Below are positions 1-12,590 of a stretch of 64,000 bases of DNA, one piece after another (positions within the stretch are counted from its first letter, which is position 1; every line of letters starts with the position of its first letter). Below the pieces are notes generated by a model. The model saw only the letters and a program-made list of their open reading frames with translations, had not been told where the DNA came from and did no database searches. Both the position numbers and the translations under genes were made by a program. Source of the stretch: Marsupella aquatica (lineage: Eukaryota; Plantae; Marchantiophyta); the NCBI GenBank assembly GCA_973895155.1, contig OZ316894.1:8022234-8086233 (forward strand). The letters run 5' to 3'.

Positions 1-395
1 TTACCCATATAACTGTGACATTGAAACAGGAAGCTCTTATCTCCGCAACAATTGGTCCCTTTAATTCGCGCCAGCTATTCATTGAGCTCTGGGTCAGCTC
101 CAACCATCCTAGCTTACCTTGATGACTTTCTCACTCCTGATTCCCCAAAGTCCACCTCTGTAACGAGCCGTTTCAACGTATCAGCACGTTGGTATTCTCC
201 TTGTGAACGACTTCGAAGTGCCCGCTGCTCTCAAGCGCCTTTCCTACTATATAATGCAGGGCTCATCATTCCCTCAAGTAGAAGATATCTTGACTTGGGC
301 CCGACCTTGCTCCGGCTCTCTAATCCGCAAATCCACCACTCCAATGAGCGACTTCAATTGGCAGACCAACTACGGGGCCTTCTCCTCTTATAGGG

Positions 396-518
396 CTTCA
401 TATGGCTCTCCTCTTCTCAGGCTCCTTCAAATTCTAACCCACAACTCCATGAAGGATCTTCATATGGCTCTCCTCTTCTCAGGCTCCTTCAATTCTAACC
501 CACAACTCCATGAAGGAT
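396..518. repeat. Tandem duplication, 2 x ~62 bp
   Basis: cttcatatggctctcctcttctcaggctccttcaa(a)ttctaacccacaactccatgaaggat occurs at 396-457 and 458-518, differing by 1 indel. Confidence 0.95.
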
Positions 519-949
519 GAGCAACTCAGGTGCAGCAGCCCGTCCAACCTTGACCCAAGAAGAACAACAGAGCACAAACTTGGATTAGGTAGAATACACG
601 ACTCGTCCAGGTTATTCAAAGAATAACTCGATTCACGGCTGGGGTCGTGCGGCCACAAGGCAGGAACTATTCCGAGCTTCCAACCATCTATCTTTCGTTA
701 CATATACATCACTCGAATGTGTCAAAGGACAGCGCCGACATGAACTGCAGATGCGTGATGCCACTGTTCATCTGGGAGTCCTATTGCGAATTTAACGACA
801 CTCCAGCCATTCAATCTACCTCTCGGATCAAAGCCTCTCTCTTTATGTTCCACTCCAGCCTTGACTTCACGATCAAAACTCGAGAGAAAATACAGGAAAA
901 TTAAATGAGAAATGACGGGACTCTTATTGACAGTGCGACGCATGAAATG

Positions 950-2780
950 GGGACCAAAGCCTTAAGTTTGCCAAAGGGATGGTAGCAGTCCTACTGACAT
1001 TACATTATCACCGGTGCCAAGAATTGGTGCGTTGATGGTTCCTGTCCGAATATTTTGCCTAGGCCGAGAAAGGCGGTCGGAAGGTCTCGCGAGATCGACA
1101 TAAGCTGTCAGGGACCTCAGCCACTCTGCCCGTTGGCGCCACTAGTCAAGCGTGGCCCACTCTGCCACGGGTCTTGTGGGGGTGGGCCATGCATGGCAGA
1201 AGATAATACTGTTGGCTCAGGCTCGTGTATTGCCCCCAAAATCGTTTAGAGGGTGCCAATGTCTGTACATGAACAGCCCAGGCATCATTCTGTTCTAAGG
1301 GAACCCACGCCAACAACACAAATCCAACAACAAGTGATTATGGCACGTTAAATCGCCGTACATCCAGGATATAAACCAAGACACCTAGAGTTCAAATCTC
1401 TACTATAGGTTTTCTGGTGTAAGGAGCGCATTGTTTACGTACATTTAACGCACAGTCTAGCCACTCACCAAAAGAGACAAATCATATATGTCCCGAACTT
1501 ATGTCCGAAGACTGTACCAATCGAGGTGTTTAGTTCAAGTCAGGGTGGCATGTTTGCGCTGACAAGTAGGAGCAACTCGATTCAGAGAACGTTAAGGTTG
1601 GCAAACAGAAGTGGCGCGCACGCAGGTAATCTATTTCCGCGAGTATGTCCTGAATTAGCAGATATAATTCTCTGATTATTGATTAGTTCCATGGCCTGAG
1701 TTGGCATCCATGCACGTGGTTTCAAATTGAAGTTAAAGAACATCAAAGGAGTTTACAGGATCAGCACTGCAAGTTTTTTCCTCTTCAATCGTTACCTCGA
1801 CACGTTGCAAGAGCGACCTCTGCGTCTCTCGATCTCTCTTCGTGACCCACTCTATCGTGAACACAGGCGCAGCTTGGGACAGATTCAGGAAAAGTTTCTC
1901 CTTACCTATGCGAACGGGAAAGAGTAATTGCACTTTACATAAAATGGCATTGTTTACGTGTAGGCAAGGGATCGTATAGACAGTGTCAACTCTCGGGATA
2001 CGGCAGCCCTGCGCAATTGAGGGGAGTGGCAAAGATTGGCTAGTGACAGGTCTGATCCAATCAATGGCGCGTGAATAGCGTAGAGCTGCGGTTCATCGCT
2101 AAGAATCTAGCAATCTTACGATACATTTCCTATGTCGGGAGTTGGCTCACGAGTGGGGGACACTGGAGGTTGTTGGATCCACATTCGATTGCTGAATACG
2201 TATAGAGAGCGAACAGGACTTGTCACAAACATATGTGGAGCCCGGAGCTTCACCTAGCTTAATTTTCGCGTAGAAGTCGGCCTTTGAAGGATGCCAAAGC
2301 AGGATGTACTGTAGTAGATCGAGACGACCATGACATGCTGCAATGACCACATGCAAACAAGAAAGGATGGAAATTCTAGTTGCTCAGTTGTTCACCCTTC
2401 TTTCATGGGAATACTTTGTCAATGTGCAGGTTTGGTTCTTTCCGTTCAGAGGCCTAGCATCCACCAAAGGCCATGTAGGTAGTCCATGCTTGTCAATGGA
2501 CATCTTACTAATAAAGTGCAAAGAGAAGCTGCTCTTTTCCAAGGCTATGGTCTAGACTGAAGCCAAGCCTAGACTAGACAGTGACTTTGAGAGCATCATT
2601 GAATTTGGGGGTGCTTTGTGGTGTGGGTGAAAAAAGTGTGTTAAAAAATACAAAACTGGGTTTAATTAGGATGAGGGTTTTGAAAATGGAGTGATGCAAC
2701 GGCACGTACTGTGTGCTGCGCTCCTTCTCAACATTTGAGCTGATGTGTGCCGCTCTCCCATAGCTCATGTCCATTCATGT
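950..2780 (-). pseudogene. Decayed protein-coding remnant of unidentified family (copy A)
   Basis: Track ORFs 2147-2356 and 1733-2032 are in the same minus frame, separated by few stops. There is an ankyrin-like peptide LHVVIAACHGRLDLLQYILL. The Trp-rich segment at ~1090-1310 has stops where the paralogous copy at ~11.3-11.5 kb has TGG. Confidence 0.45.
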
Positions 2781-4939
2781 TCAAAGAACAGGTAGTCAGG
2801 CTAGTTGTGGTGATTCCTGCATGGGTTAGATCATCACAATTGTAACCTTTGTTGGAATTCAACTGCAATTAGTATTTCACTTGACACATTCTAATTGTCA
2901 GCATCTCACCACAAGATGAAATAGTAACTGAGATCTCTACTTAAATTTTTTGTTTGTACATTTTAGCTCGCTTTCAATGCGGTTATCTGGTGAAATGCTC
3001 CAGGCAGATCTGTGAATCTCTGCGCAGGTCTTTAGTACGTTACCAAATGTTTCAAAACTGAGAAAATCCCTAAACCCTAAAGTGCTTCTAAACCAAGCAC
3101 CTAAACCCTTTCATGAGGGTGCCAATGTCCTCGGAAAAGCACCTCCTTAAAACTTGAGAGAGTCCATGGTAGAGATGGGGTAGTGTAGTGCGCAAGCAAA
3201 CAGAAAAAAAATTCCTGTGGTGAGGAAAAATCCTCAGAGTACGATACTTTTGTTTCGTAGGAAGAAGAGCCTAAATACTCACCTTTGCTAGAAGACTTAG
3301 TTTCTAGCTAGCCATAACTAGGTTTCAAATATTCTAACTTTTGTGTCATTTTTTAATAAACCCAATTTGAGACTCCTCTTTTGGCTAGCAAACTTGCTAT
3401 ATAACCATATGGAGTCTTCGCGTGACTTTACGAGATGTTGGGGGCACTTATAACTTTTTTCTGGTCTCCAAGATGTGGTCAGAGCCATCCATTGGGGAGA
3501 AAATGTTGCTGTTCACATTACAAAACATTGGGGGCACCTAACCTGCTGCTAATCTTACATATAAGGAATGGGGCCCAAATTTTGCTTATATGGAGCACAA
3601 TTTTATCCCAGATTTAAGACCGCGTCTCTTGGAGGTCTTTTAATCTGACCACTTGGTCCATTCCTTTTTTATTCATTCAATTGTCAAAACAAAAAGAGCC
3701 CTAGCAAAGGAACTGTGTGACTTTTAGTGGGTCCCCAACTTTTCTCCCAGCAAAATTATCCTAGCACCATTTGCTGCAGTTCACTTCACAAATTGATTCC
3801 AAACTTGGATTTAGCCCCTACAGTATCTTTAGGATGTTAATGGCTGATTGATTAGCTTTGGTTAAAAAGAACACTCAAACTGGACTCAAGGTCATGATGT
3901 AAAGCAACACTTACAAATGCAAAAGTAAGCAAAATTAAAAGGCATTAAGAAGCACTCATATGAATCGCTAGCAATACTCTCCATGCTAGAAAAACTCCCA
4001 TATGGGTTCAAAAGTCTGTAACTCATGAGTCTGTCGTGTGTAACATGTGATGTTGTACTTGAGAAAATTGCATCTTTGGTAGACATGAACCTGAATGCTC
4101 ATTCTTTGAATGTTGATAAAATGATGACAAAAACCATCATGTGTAATCATCATTTTGACATCCATAATCTTCCATCCTGCTTTCCATCCACAAATGTTTT
4201 GGTGGGGCCCTACAGTCAGGTCTAGAGATTTCACTCTAGAAGACTAGACCCCAACTCTAGTTTCGCACCGCCATGAGTAATATAGACTAGCCTGATTACC
4301 CATTCTTTGAATTATATAAATAGCAGTTCTTTGGACGTAAATAGAGATAAGACAGGAAAAACTTGCAAAAGAATCATCTTTGCACTATATTCAATTTATA
4401 TGCACTTCACTTTCAGTTCTGTCCTTATTAGTTTTGTCTTTATCTAAAGTTACTCAATAGAGGCTGTAGGGCCCAACTCTAACTTGTGTTCATGATTAAT
4501 TATACTAGCCCGGCTACTCGTTCTTTGAACGTGATTAGAGGTGAGGATAAAACAGTGAGGATCCTTGATGACAGCAACTGACCAAAGCTTTGTCAAGTAA
4601 TTGAAGAAGAGTTGGCTATTTCATCATAGCCCTCGACCCTCAATGACAGCAGCTGACCTCCTCACATGTGGCTTCCCTAATCCATCATTTGACTCTCGTT
4701 ACATGTGGCCTCCCTAATCCATTGACTCTCTTCACAAGCAGCCCGAGTCTACCGCCTGAGTCCACCAACTCTCTTCACAAGCGGCCCTATTTTCAAATGT
4801 TGTACACAGGACGTAGGCCCTTAAAGTAGCTTTGCATCAAGATTTAATAGTAAGATAGATACACTATGCACCATAATTAGTGTTATTAATGCAAGAATTA
4901 GCATTATTTCAAAATTAGTGTTACTAACACTACTCTTGG

Positions 4940-5212
4940 TTATAGTGATTTTGAGTCCAAGTAACACTAATTTTGGTTGGTTTTTCACAATAATTCTTTT
5001 GCACTCTTGTTTAAAATTGCTAGCAAAAAATGGATGAGCATGAGTCCAAAATAATATTTTGCCTTTATTTCCCTAGGGAGAGCACAGTAAACACTAATTC
5101 ATGTTCGCAAAAAGTAGTGTTTCAAAGCACAAAATTAGTGTGACTAACACTGATTCACGAGTAGACTCTTTGCACTCTCAAATTAGTATCAGTCACACTA
5201 ATTAGGGTGAAC
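4940..5212. repeat. Dispersed repeat (AATTAGTGT/ACACTAATT-rich, probable non-autonomous TE), uninterrupted copy
   Basis: Colinear with 30730-30983 plus 32367-32410. Shared strings include agcacaaaattagtgtgactaacact and cactctcaaattagt....t cacactaattag. Confidence 0.8.
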
Positions 5213-5420
5213 CTTGATATCTACTGTAGCTGAGAATAGATTCAGTCCTGGAGGAAAAATAACTTATATTAAGCTCCTGCACTTTCATCTATATGTAATT
5301 GCCAAATTTGCACACTCACATCAGTGTTACTCACATTAACTAATTAGGGTGAACTATGATATGTAGTTGAGAATAGATTCAGGCCCGGAGGATATTCTGC
5401 ACTTTGATATATATGTACTG
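5197..5420. repeat. Degenerate local duplication
   Basis: actaattagggtgaac..tgatat..tgtag.tgagaatagattcag.cc.ggagga...ctgcacttt.at.tatatgta appears at ~5197-5300 and ~5338-5420. Confidence 0.75.
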
Positions 5421-7479
5421 TAGTTGCGCCGTGGAGGCAGACTTTGTTTGTGGACCATCAAGTTCACAATCGAGCACTGGCACTGGCATAGTAGAGTAAG
5501 CTTTTGCAAGGATGACGATGCAGCTGACACTCTCCTCATACTGGAAGCTCTTCAAGTTACCATATTGCAAGGAGGTTGTTAGCCATATCAGTAATCAGTC
5601 ACTTATATCAGTTTAACTCAGGGTCCTCGCCGGGCGCATATATCCCTTCAGCGGCCTCGTTTAGTTCCTTCGGCGACCCTTCAAACAATAATGGCTTCAA
5701 TACTCTAAATTCAATCACCAGGCACATACATCCCTTCAGCAGCCTCGCTGAGTTCCTTCAATACTCTAAATTCACAACTTAGAGACCTAGTTGAGTCAAT
5801 TCAGCTGGGTCTTCTGAGTCACACTGGGCAACATTTGGCGACTTTCACCAAGTCCCTAAAAAATGATGGCTCTAATAGTCTAAATACACAAATGAGGGAC
5901 CTCGCCTAGTCACTTCCCATCCTATCCTATCAAGAACTATAATAAAGAGTTGCGCAACAATCCTTTCTATTCTTCCCTCAATACTTCCCTATAGTAGGCC
6001 AATGGATTCCCCCCCTCTGTCCTCCCATTATCCTTGCAAGTACATACCCTGACATAGTATTTGTCAGGACAAGCCCAATCCCTGATCTCTCTCAATTCTT
6101 CTCTATACAATATTTACCCATGCCCTAATGTACAATTGGTTGTGTCCAAGAGCCGATTTGGTTTAGTAGAAGGTATCCTATTCTTTCTTCTCATTTTACA
6201 AGAAGTTTGCATTTTTTTCACCTTTTCTAAGGCCAAATAAATATCAAATCATTTAGCTAAATGATAACTTTAATAAGTGCAAAAAAAATTATAAGTGCAT
6301 TTTGTACTCAAACTAAGAAAGATGGTACACTTATCGGTAAGCACATAATCCAATGAGATTGCATTTACTGATAAGTGCACACCCTTTTTAGGTAAAGGAA
6401 AATTTGGACTTATGGACATCAAATTTAGGGCAAGTATTCACATTTTGTGTAATGAGTCACACGGCTGCTCACCTGTGGAGATGCCATTTATTTCTAAGTG
6501 AAAATTTTAGGGGGTGTGCACTTATCAAGGAATGGAAAAACAAATTAGTGCAATAGGATAGTGAGAGTGTCACTTATCTAGAGTTTACTGTATTTGCATG
6601 TGCTATATAGCATACTCATCCTGGAACATGAAAAGTTATTTTGTCCTCTAGCAAAAAGTTTAAGTTTTTTAGTGAAATACAGGTGATCTATTTTTTTGTG
6701 GCAAATATAAATAGGACATTGATCAGGAAGCGTGACATTGAAAAGTTGTGCACATAAGGTACAAGAATAAAAGTACACATTTAAAGAAAAATAATAATGA
6801 ACAGGAAAATTGAAGTCTATGGTCTTGGGTTCTGCACATACTATACACCAGTAAAGATACTTATGTATTTATCTTAGGTAATGACACTCAAATGAATTAA
6901 AACCATAAATTTAGGACAGAAAACCATGAGTAGAACTTAAAGACATGAGGAGTGCACTTTAATTACTTAGATCATTCTTCTTCACCAAGGGCTAGAACTT
7001 ATGTGAGCTTTGTTAAAGGGTGGATGATCAAAAGTATAGCAAAGATTGAAAAATTTAGAGGGGTGCCAGATTAAATTCAAAATCTAAAGTATACAAGGGA
7101 TGCACCTTGGTAAGACACATTGAATTAAAATACACAAGAAAAGAAGTTTGAATAAGACAAAATACTGGAAGATGGATTCACCATTATAGCAGTTTCATTC
7201 TGGGCTATACAATGAACTCAATCTGGACTCGCCCCTCCACTTGGTACTTGCTCCAAGAAAACAAGTACACTAAAAAAAATGGATATGTTTTTGAATGAAA
7301 TGGCAACACATTGATGGCAATAACTAAAGCTTCATCATGTGCAGTTTCTTCACATTTTAAAAGGTATACAAGGAATTAAAAAATGAAAAATACAAAGACA
7401 AAAATCATTCTTAACTTGTGATAGTTTGTGGTTGAATGTTGTTACTCATTTTCTGCGCCCTTTTTGTGCGACAGTTTTT

Positions 7480-8000
7480 TTCTTAAGAACATCTTATGCG
7501 AAACCACATCTTTTTTTCTTAATGGTATCTTGGGTGACACAACATCTTTTTTCTTAAATAACAACAGCTTGGGCGACACAACGTCTGCTTTTCTTAATGA
7601 CATCTTGGATGACACAACAACTATTTTCTTAATAACATCTTGGGCATCATGACATATTTTTTTCTTAACAACATCTTGGGGGACACAATATCTTTTTCTT
7701 CATGACATCTATTGTGCAACACACAGGTATTTTCTTCACAACATCTTTTGTTCTCAACAACTTGGTCGACACTACATCTTCCTTCTCAATGACCTCTTGA
7801 CCGACACGAGATCTTTTGTTATCACCTGCATCTTGGCCAACACGACATCTTTTGTTCTCAACAACATCTTTGGGCGACATGACATCTTTCTTCTCAACGA
7901 CTTCTTGGCCGACACAACATCTTTCTTCTCAACAACTTCTTGGCTGACACGACCTCTTTTGTTATGAACTACATGTTGGCCGTCAAGACATCTTTTGTAC
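7480..8000. repeat. Degenerate minisatellite (~30-35 bp units based on acaacatcttt(tt)tt(c)t(c)aa..acatcttgg(g/c)cgac)
   Basis: ACATCTT and CTTGG(G/C)CGACAC motifs recur more than a dozen times. This produces the repetitive spurious ORFs in the track. Confidence 0.85.
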
Positions 8001-8987
8001 AACGTACAGGTATTGAGCTAGTTCATTGATATCTTTGACTCGTACCTCATATCTGTAAAAGGGTGAGAGGGGTGACCTGAAGTTCCCTCTAGCTTCATGT
8101 ACTGTAGGTGATTGGCAGGAGGGCCTCAAACGGACATCTCCTTCACCCCGGGGCCCGACGCTGATCATGATCTTGGCCCAGGGTTTGATGTTGATCGACA
8201 GCCGGTTGCAAGTTGATGACTTGCTTGAAGCGGGTTTCGAAAGCAGCGTTGTGGTGGCGCTTTTCGGATAATTTTGGAACCCAGTCGATTGGTTTCAATT
8301 TCCGATTTCCGATTTCCGATTTAAATATCATGGTGCTCCAAGAATGTTCTCGGGGCGGCTTATGTCGCGCTTGGAGGAGATTTCTTACGATCTAATTGAG
8401 CAAGCAAAGTTGAAACTTAAGAGCTGATGTGAGAGTCCTGCAGACATCAACCTCTGGAGATCGCACATATTATCTATCCTTCGAATTCTCAATTACTTGC
8501 GAGACACAATGTCGAGTTCGTTCAGAAGTCCGGGAGAAATCCACAACCTTCCAATCCACAAGCTTCCAGGATTTTGAGCGACGAACTTGCTGGATAGGTA
8601 ATCCGGAGTCTCGACCCTTAATTTGGCCGCATTGAAATCTTTGTCATTCATTAGACTAGATAAGTGCTGTTAGTAGGTAGCTCGAGACGGACCCTAAATT
8701 TGGCCGATAGAAGTCTAGTGTCAATCATACTTACTTGATAAGTAGGCAGCTAGAGACCCAGTGAAATCGCGATAAAATTTGTTGTGTTCCACACTCATTC
8801 TCTGTTGTAATGGCTCTGGAGATCAAACTTTACCGTCTCCTATCATCAGGATACCATCGTGACTGAGGTGGGAGTTGTTGTTTCGTCCTTCTTCTCTAGC
8901 ACAAGTAATGAACGACGGTCCCATTTGTCTGCGTGAACAGTTTCGTCAAATTTCGAAGACTGTTGTGGTTGGTTGTTACGTCCTCCG

Positions 8988-9773
8988 ATGGGTCGATCTA
9001 TGGCTACAGCTTCTGCGTCGTCATCGAAGGAAGGGACTTCTGTTTCTTCGTCACCTCCTTCTCTTTCGTCTGCTCCTGTTGTACAGGTTAGGTTCTTACA
9101 AAGGATAGACGAGTTCGACAAGCAGTTGTCACTAAGGGTGCACGGGAGAGGATTGGTGGTGCCGCGGTGGATTCTCAAATTGCTGGAGTACTCTGGAGAT
9201 GGTTCGTGGTCGATTCCTCTCACAGCATCCCTCTGGTTGGCCCCAATCTTTCTCGAGAAGGAAGACCTCCGCAGCTGTTTGTTCAACATGTTTCTGGCAT
9301 TTCTCTGCGATCTGATCTTCAATGGCGTGATTAAGGGCATCATTCGCCGGCCTCGGCCCGTCTACAACAAGGGGATGTACTTGGTTCTGTCCGTGGATCA
9401 CTACTCATTCCCCAGTGGTCATTCTTCTAGGGCTCTCATGATTGCTGCCCTTTTCTGGTTGAATCTGTCCATTATGAAAGACCTTTTGGCCTCTGGAGCA
9501 TCTGTCTGGGAAAACACTCTGCTCAATGTGGGCTTTGGAATCGAGGGATATGTTCCAGACTTTGAAATATGCCTTGCCATTGCGTTCTCATCATGGGCCT
9601 TGGCCACTGCCACTTCTCGGGTGCTGCTTGGAAGGCATTATGTATTTGATGTGCTGGCTGGTTCACTTCTGGGAATTCTAGAGGCTTTGTTTGTACACCG
9701 AGTGCTTCTCGTTCCCAAGCATGTGTCTCAGGGAATTCATGACTCAATGATGGGAGTATTCAAGCGAGCTTGA
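8988..9773 (+). CDS. PAP2-family lipid phosphate phosphatase (plant LPP-beta-like), single exon
   Basis: Intact ORF with all three PAP2 catalytic motifs: C1 KGIIRRPRP, C2 FPSGH, C3 SRVLLGRHYVFDV. It also has hydrophobic TM segments. The start is ATG 8988 or 9000; the TTG start at 8973 in the track is unlikely in a eukaryote. Confidence 0.92.
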   Translation: MGRSMATASASSSKEGTSVSSSPPSLSSAPVVQVRFLQRIDEFDKQLSLRVHGRGLVVPRWILKLLEYSGDGSWSIPLTASLWLAPIFLEKEDLRSCLFNMFLAFLCDLIFNGVIKGIIRRPRPVYNKGMYLVLSVDHYSFPSGHSSRALMIAALFWLNLSIMKDLLASGASVWENTLLNVGFGIEGYVPDFEICLAIAFSSWALATATSRVLLGRHYVFDVLAGSLLGILEALFVHRVLLVPKHVSQGIHDSMMGVFKRA

Positions 9774-9888
9774 TTGATTTTAGGGTTGAACAACTATTGA
9801 CATTCGTGCATTCTTCTTTGAGATTTAGCGTTCTACAACTATTGACATTTTGCCATTCAACTAGGAGCAGCCGTTTCTATGCCTGCTC

Positions 9889-12590
9889 CTCACCCGCAAA
9901 ACAGGTACTCTAAGAACAGAAGTCTCAGTTTTCCAATGCCCCAAACAATATTGGGAAGGACACGTGAAGTTCCAACAAGTGAAACAAGAGCTCGTGTAGT
10001 AGATGGAATTTCCAACAGGTCATTGGCAGCCAGCTCTAGCTTCACATTTCACCTTAAAGGAGTTTTGCGCCTCATTCTTGAAGATCGCACTTTACTCATT
10101 CTTGAAGATTCTTAGAGGACAGGAGCTGGTAATAGTCCTTGAAGGTTATTTTCCCGCCAGAGTTCTAGATGAAGTTGGGAACCCGCACAAACAGTTTTCC
10201 CCTCGATTCATATCCATGGACTTCAAGTGGGTCCCATTCTTTGACAGATTCTTGCGCCATCATTCAGCGAAAGCAATATGTGCGAAATATTATTGTGGAC
10301 ATGTTGCCTTGACAACAACGCCCTGGCAGATTTTGTGGGTTTGGGGATACTTGTCCATGTACTTAGTGGTGTGTTCAGAAAACACTGGTTGGGTTCCTTG
10401 GGGTCCCTGTAATAGTTGCTTTGTTTGTCTGAAGCTCTTGGTACAGATATCTTTAACTCTGTCCTCTCATGTTCGTCCTTGCAGTTGGCCGAGGGTAAGT
10501 TATACTCTGCCACTTAATATTGAGTGCCAGAAGTAGTTATCTAGGATTTCTTCATAATTGCATCACGATCAATGAGATTCCTCAACTTCTCAGGTGAATT
10601 TGTGAGCAATTATGGGAGTGCTGGCTAACTGCTCTAAATAGATTGCATTGAAAGTACTATGGATTGACTTACTAATGATCATACAAGGTTCGGAAATTTA
10701 GGTGCCGTTGTTATGCGCGATTGCCTGCCTGCTAGCAATTATCACTCACGCTTCAATAATTGTCAGGTTGCGCTAGGACCTGGGATCATCTCAAGCGATA
10801 TACCTTTCCATTCCTATAATTGGTTAATTGTGGTATATCTAAATTTTCTTCGCAAAGGTTCCCCCAAGCAAAACCTGGTGGATCCTGGCTACCAATAAGA
10901 AAGTAAACAGTGCACTACGTTGTCCTTCCCGATCGTGGTGGACACTGGCAGTTCAAGAAAAATTCAAAGACATTGTTTCGAATTTTGGGGCCATTTGCAG
11001 TTCATGCAGATGATGTGCTTTTAGCATTAGAACTCTGTTCTGCTCCATTCCGGGAGGATGTTACCCTTGTTCTTCTTCAAGGTAAAGGGTTTGGTACCAA
11101 GGACAAGGAAATTGTGTGCGAGAAAGCAAACTGGGCTTGTGCCCTTGGGAAGTCTCCGGGCTCAGCCCATGCTCGTCCTCTTCTTCTGACCAGATACACT
11201 AGCATTAAGCCGAATCTTATTTCATAAGCCAATTCTCTATTAGAGATTCTCTCAGTGCCTTGTGCAAGAAACGTTTGTACAGTAGATTCTTACGCGAGAT
11301 CGACTTATGTTGGCAGGTACCTCAGCGGCTCGGCCTATCGCCACCAGTCAAGCGTGGCCCACTCTGCCACGGTCACATGGGGGTGGGCCATGGATGGCAG
11401 AGAATAATACTGTTGAATTGCACTCAAAATTCATTCGGAGGATGTCAATGTCTTTACATGAAAAGCCCAGGCATCATTCTGTTCCAAGGGAACTCACACC
11501 AACCACTAACGACTCACTAAGAATACTCATATATGTCCCCAAAATTGTACTTATGTCCGAAGACTACCAATCGAGATTTTTAGTTCAATATGGCGGCATG
11601 TTTGAGCTGACAAGCAGGACCAACTGGGATTTACAGAACCTTGTGGTTCGCAAAAGAAGTGGCACAAAAGAAGTGGCATGCAAGTAAGCTGTTCCGCGAG
11701 TATGTCCTGAATTCTTAGATATGGGTCTCTGATTATTGATTATTTCCAGGGCCTGAGTTGGCATTGATGCATGTGATTTCAAATTGAAGTAAATGAACAT
11801 CAAAGGAGTTAACAGGACCAGCACTATTTCAATATTCCAGATCAATTGTTATCTCAACAAGTTATAAAGGAGACTTTTGCGTCTATCTCTCTTCGTGACC
11901 CACTCTATCGCGAACACAGAGCTTGGGACAGATTCAGGAGAATTTCCTCCTTACTGATGCGGACGGGAAAGAGACGATCGAAACGGATAAGCCTCATCAC
12001 GATAACCTGTCTCCATGAGATACAAATTTGTCTGTCGAGTGCTCAGTACTTGCACACCTGCATTCTTGCGTCCAACTAATGCGGGCTGATTCCGACTTGA
12101 CAGAGATGCTGTAATTCTGCTCTGGCCTAAGTGAAGCTTACTCTTCATCTGCTTGTGTTGTAAACTTGGATACTTCGTCGGAAGAATAGCTTCTTTTTGA
12201 TTTCCAGGAAGCACACAATTCTTCACATGGCCTGCTTCACGCAAATTCTCTCTCAACAACACTCTCGGGCTGGAGTAGTTGATTTGGTCATTTTTCTATA
12301 CAATTGGAGCCCTATTTTCTCGACCCCAAAAATAGAATTCCTCTGCCGTTGCGGATCAACAGAAGCTTCAAAGCTGTTCCTGTAGTGATGGATGGAATCC
12401 AGGCTACTTATTCTGGGGAGTCTACTTTCGAGATAATCTCATGGCTGACTTAAGCAGGTCTGCCCATTCCCTTTGTAGCAAAGTAATGACCGGATACCCC
12501 TGTCAAGACCCACTACTGCAGAAGGATCGTTGGCGCTTTCAAAAGAGCTTCCTCGTAACTTCAATCCCTGATTGAGCCTTCCCATAAATA
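9889..12590 (-). pseudogene. Decayed protein-coding remnant (copy B); includes the segment paralogous to 1088-1925 and an LRR-like peptide
   Basis: 11293-11973 aligns with 1088-1925. An LRR-like peptide KLELAANDLLEIPSTTRALVSL lies at ~9960-10050 (minus). A near-open minus frame spans 12585-12253. Many stops and frameshifts are present. Confidence 0.4.

Noticed and set aside
1-395. Overlapping ORFs at the window start
   Set aside because: They have no recognisable domain. They may be a retroelement tail, but this is unsupported without upstream sequence.
3065-3110. CCCTAAA motifs as an interstitial telomere (also at 48513-48540)
   Set aside because: Only 2-3 degenerate units, consistent with ordinary telo-box-like motifs.
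8846-9343. 165-aa minus-strand ORF
   Set aside because: It is antisense to the LPP CDS.
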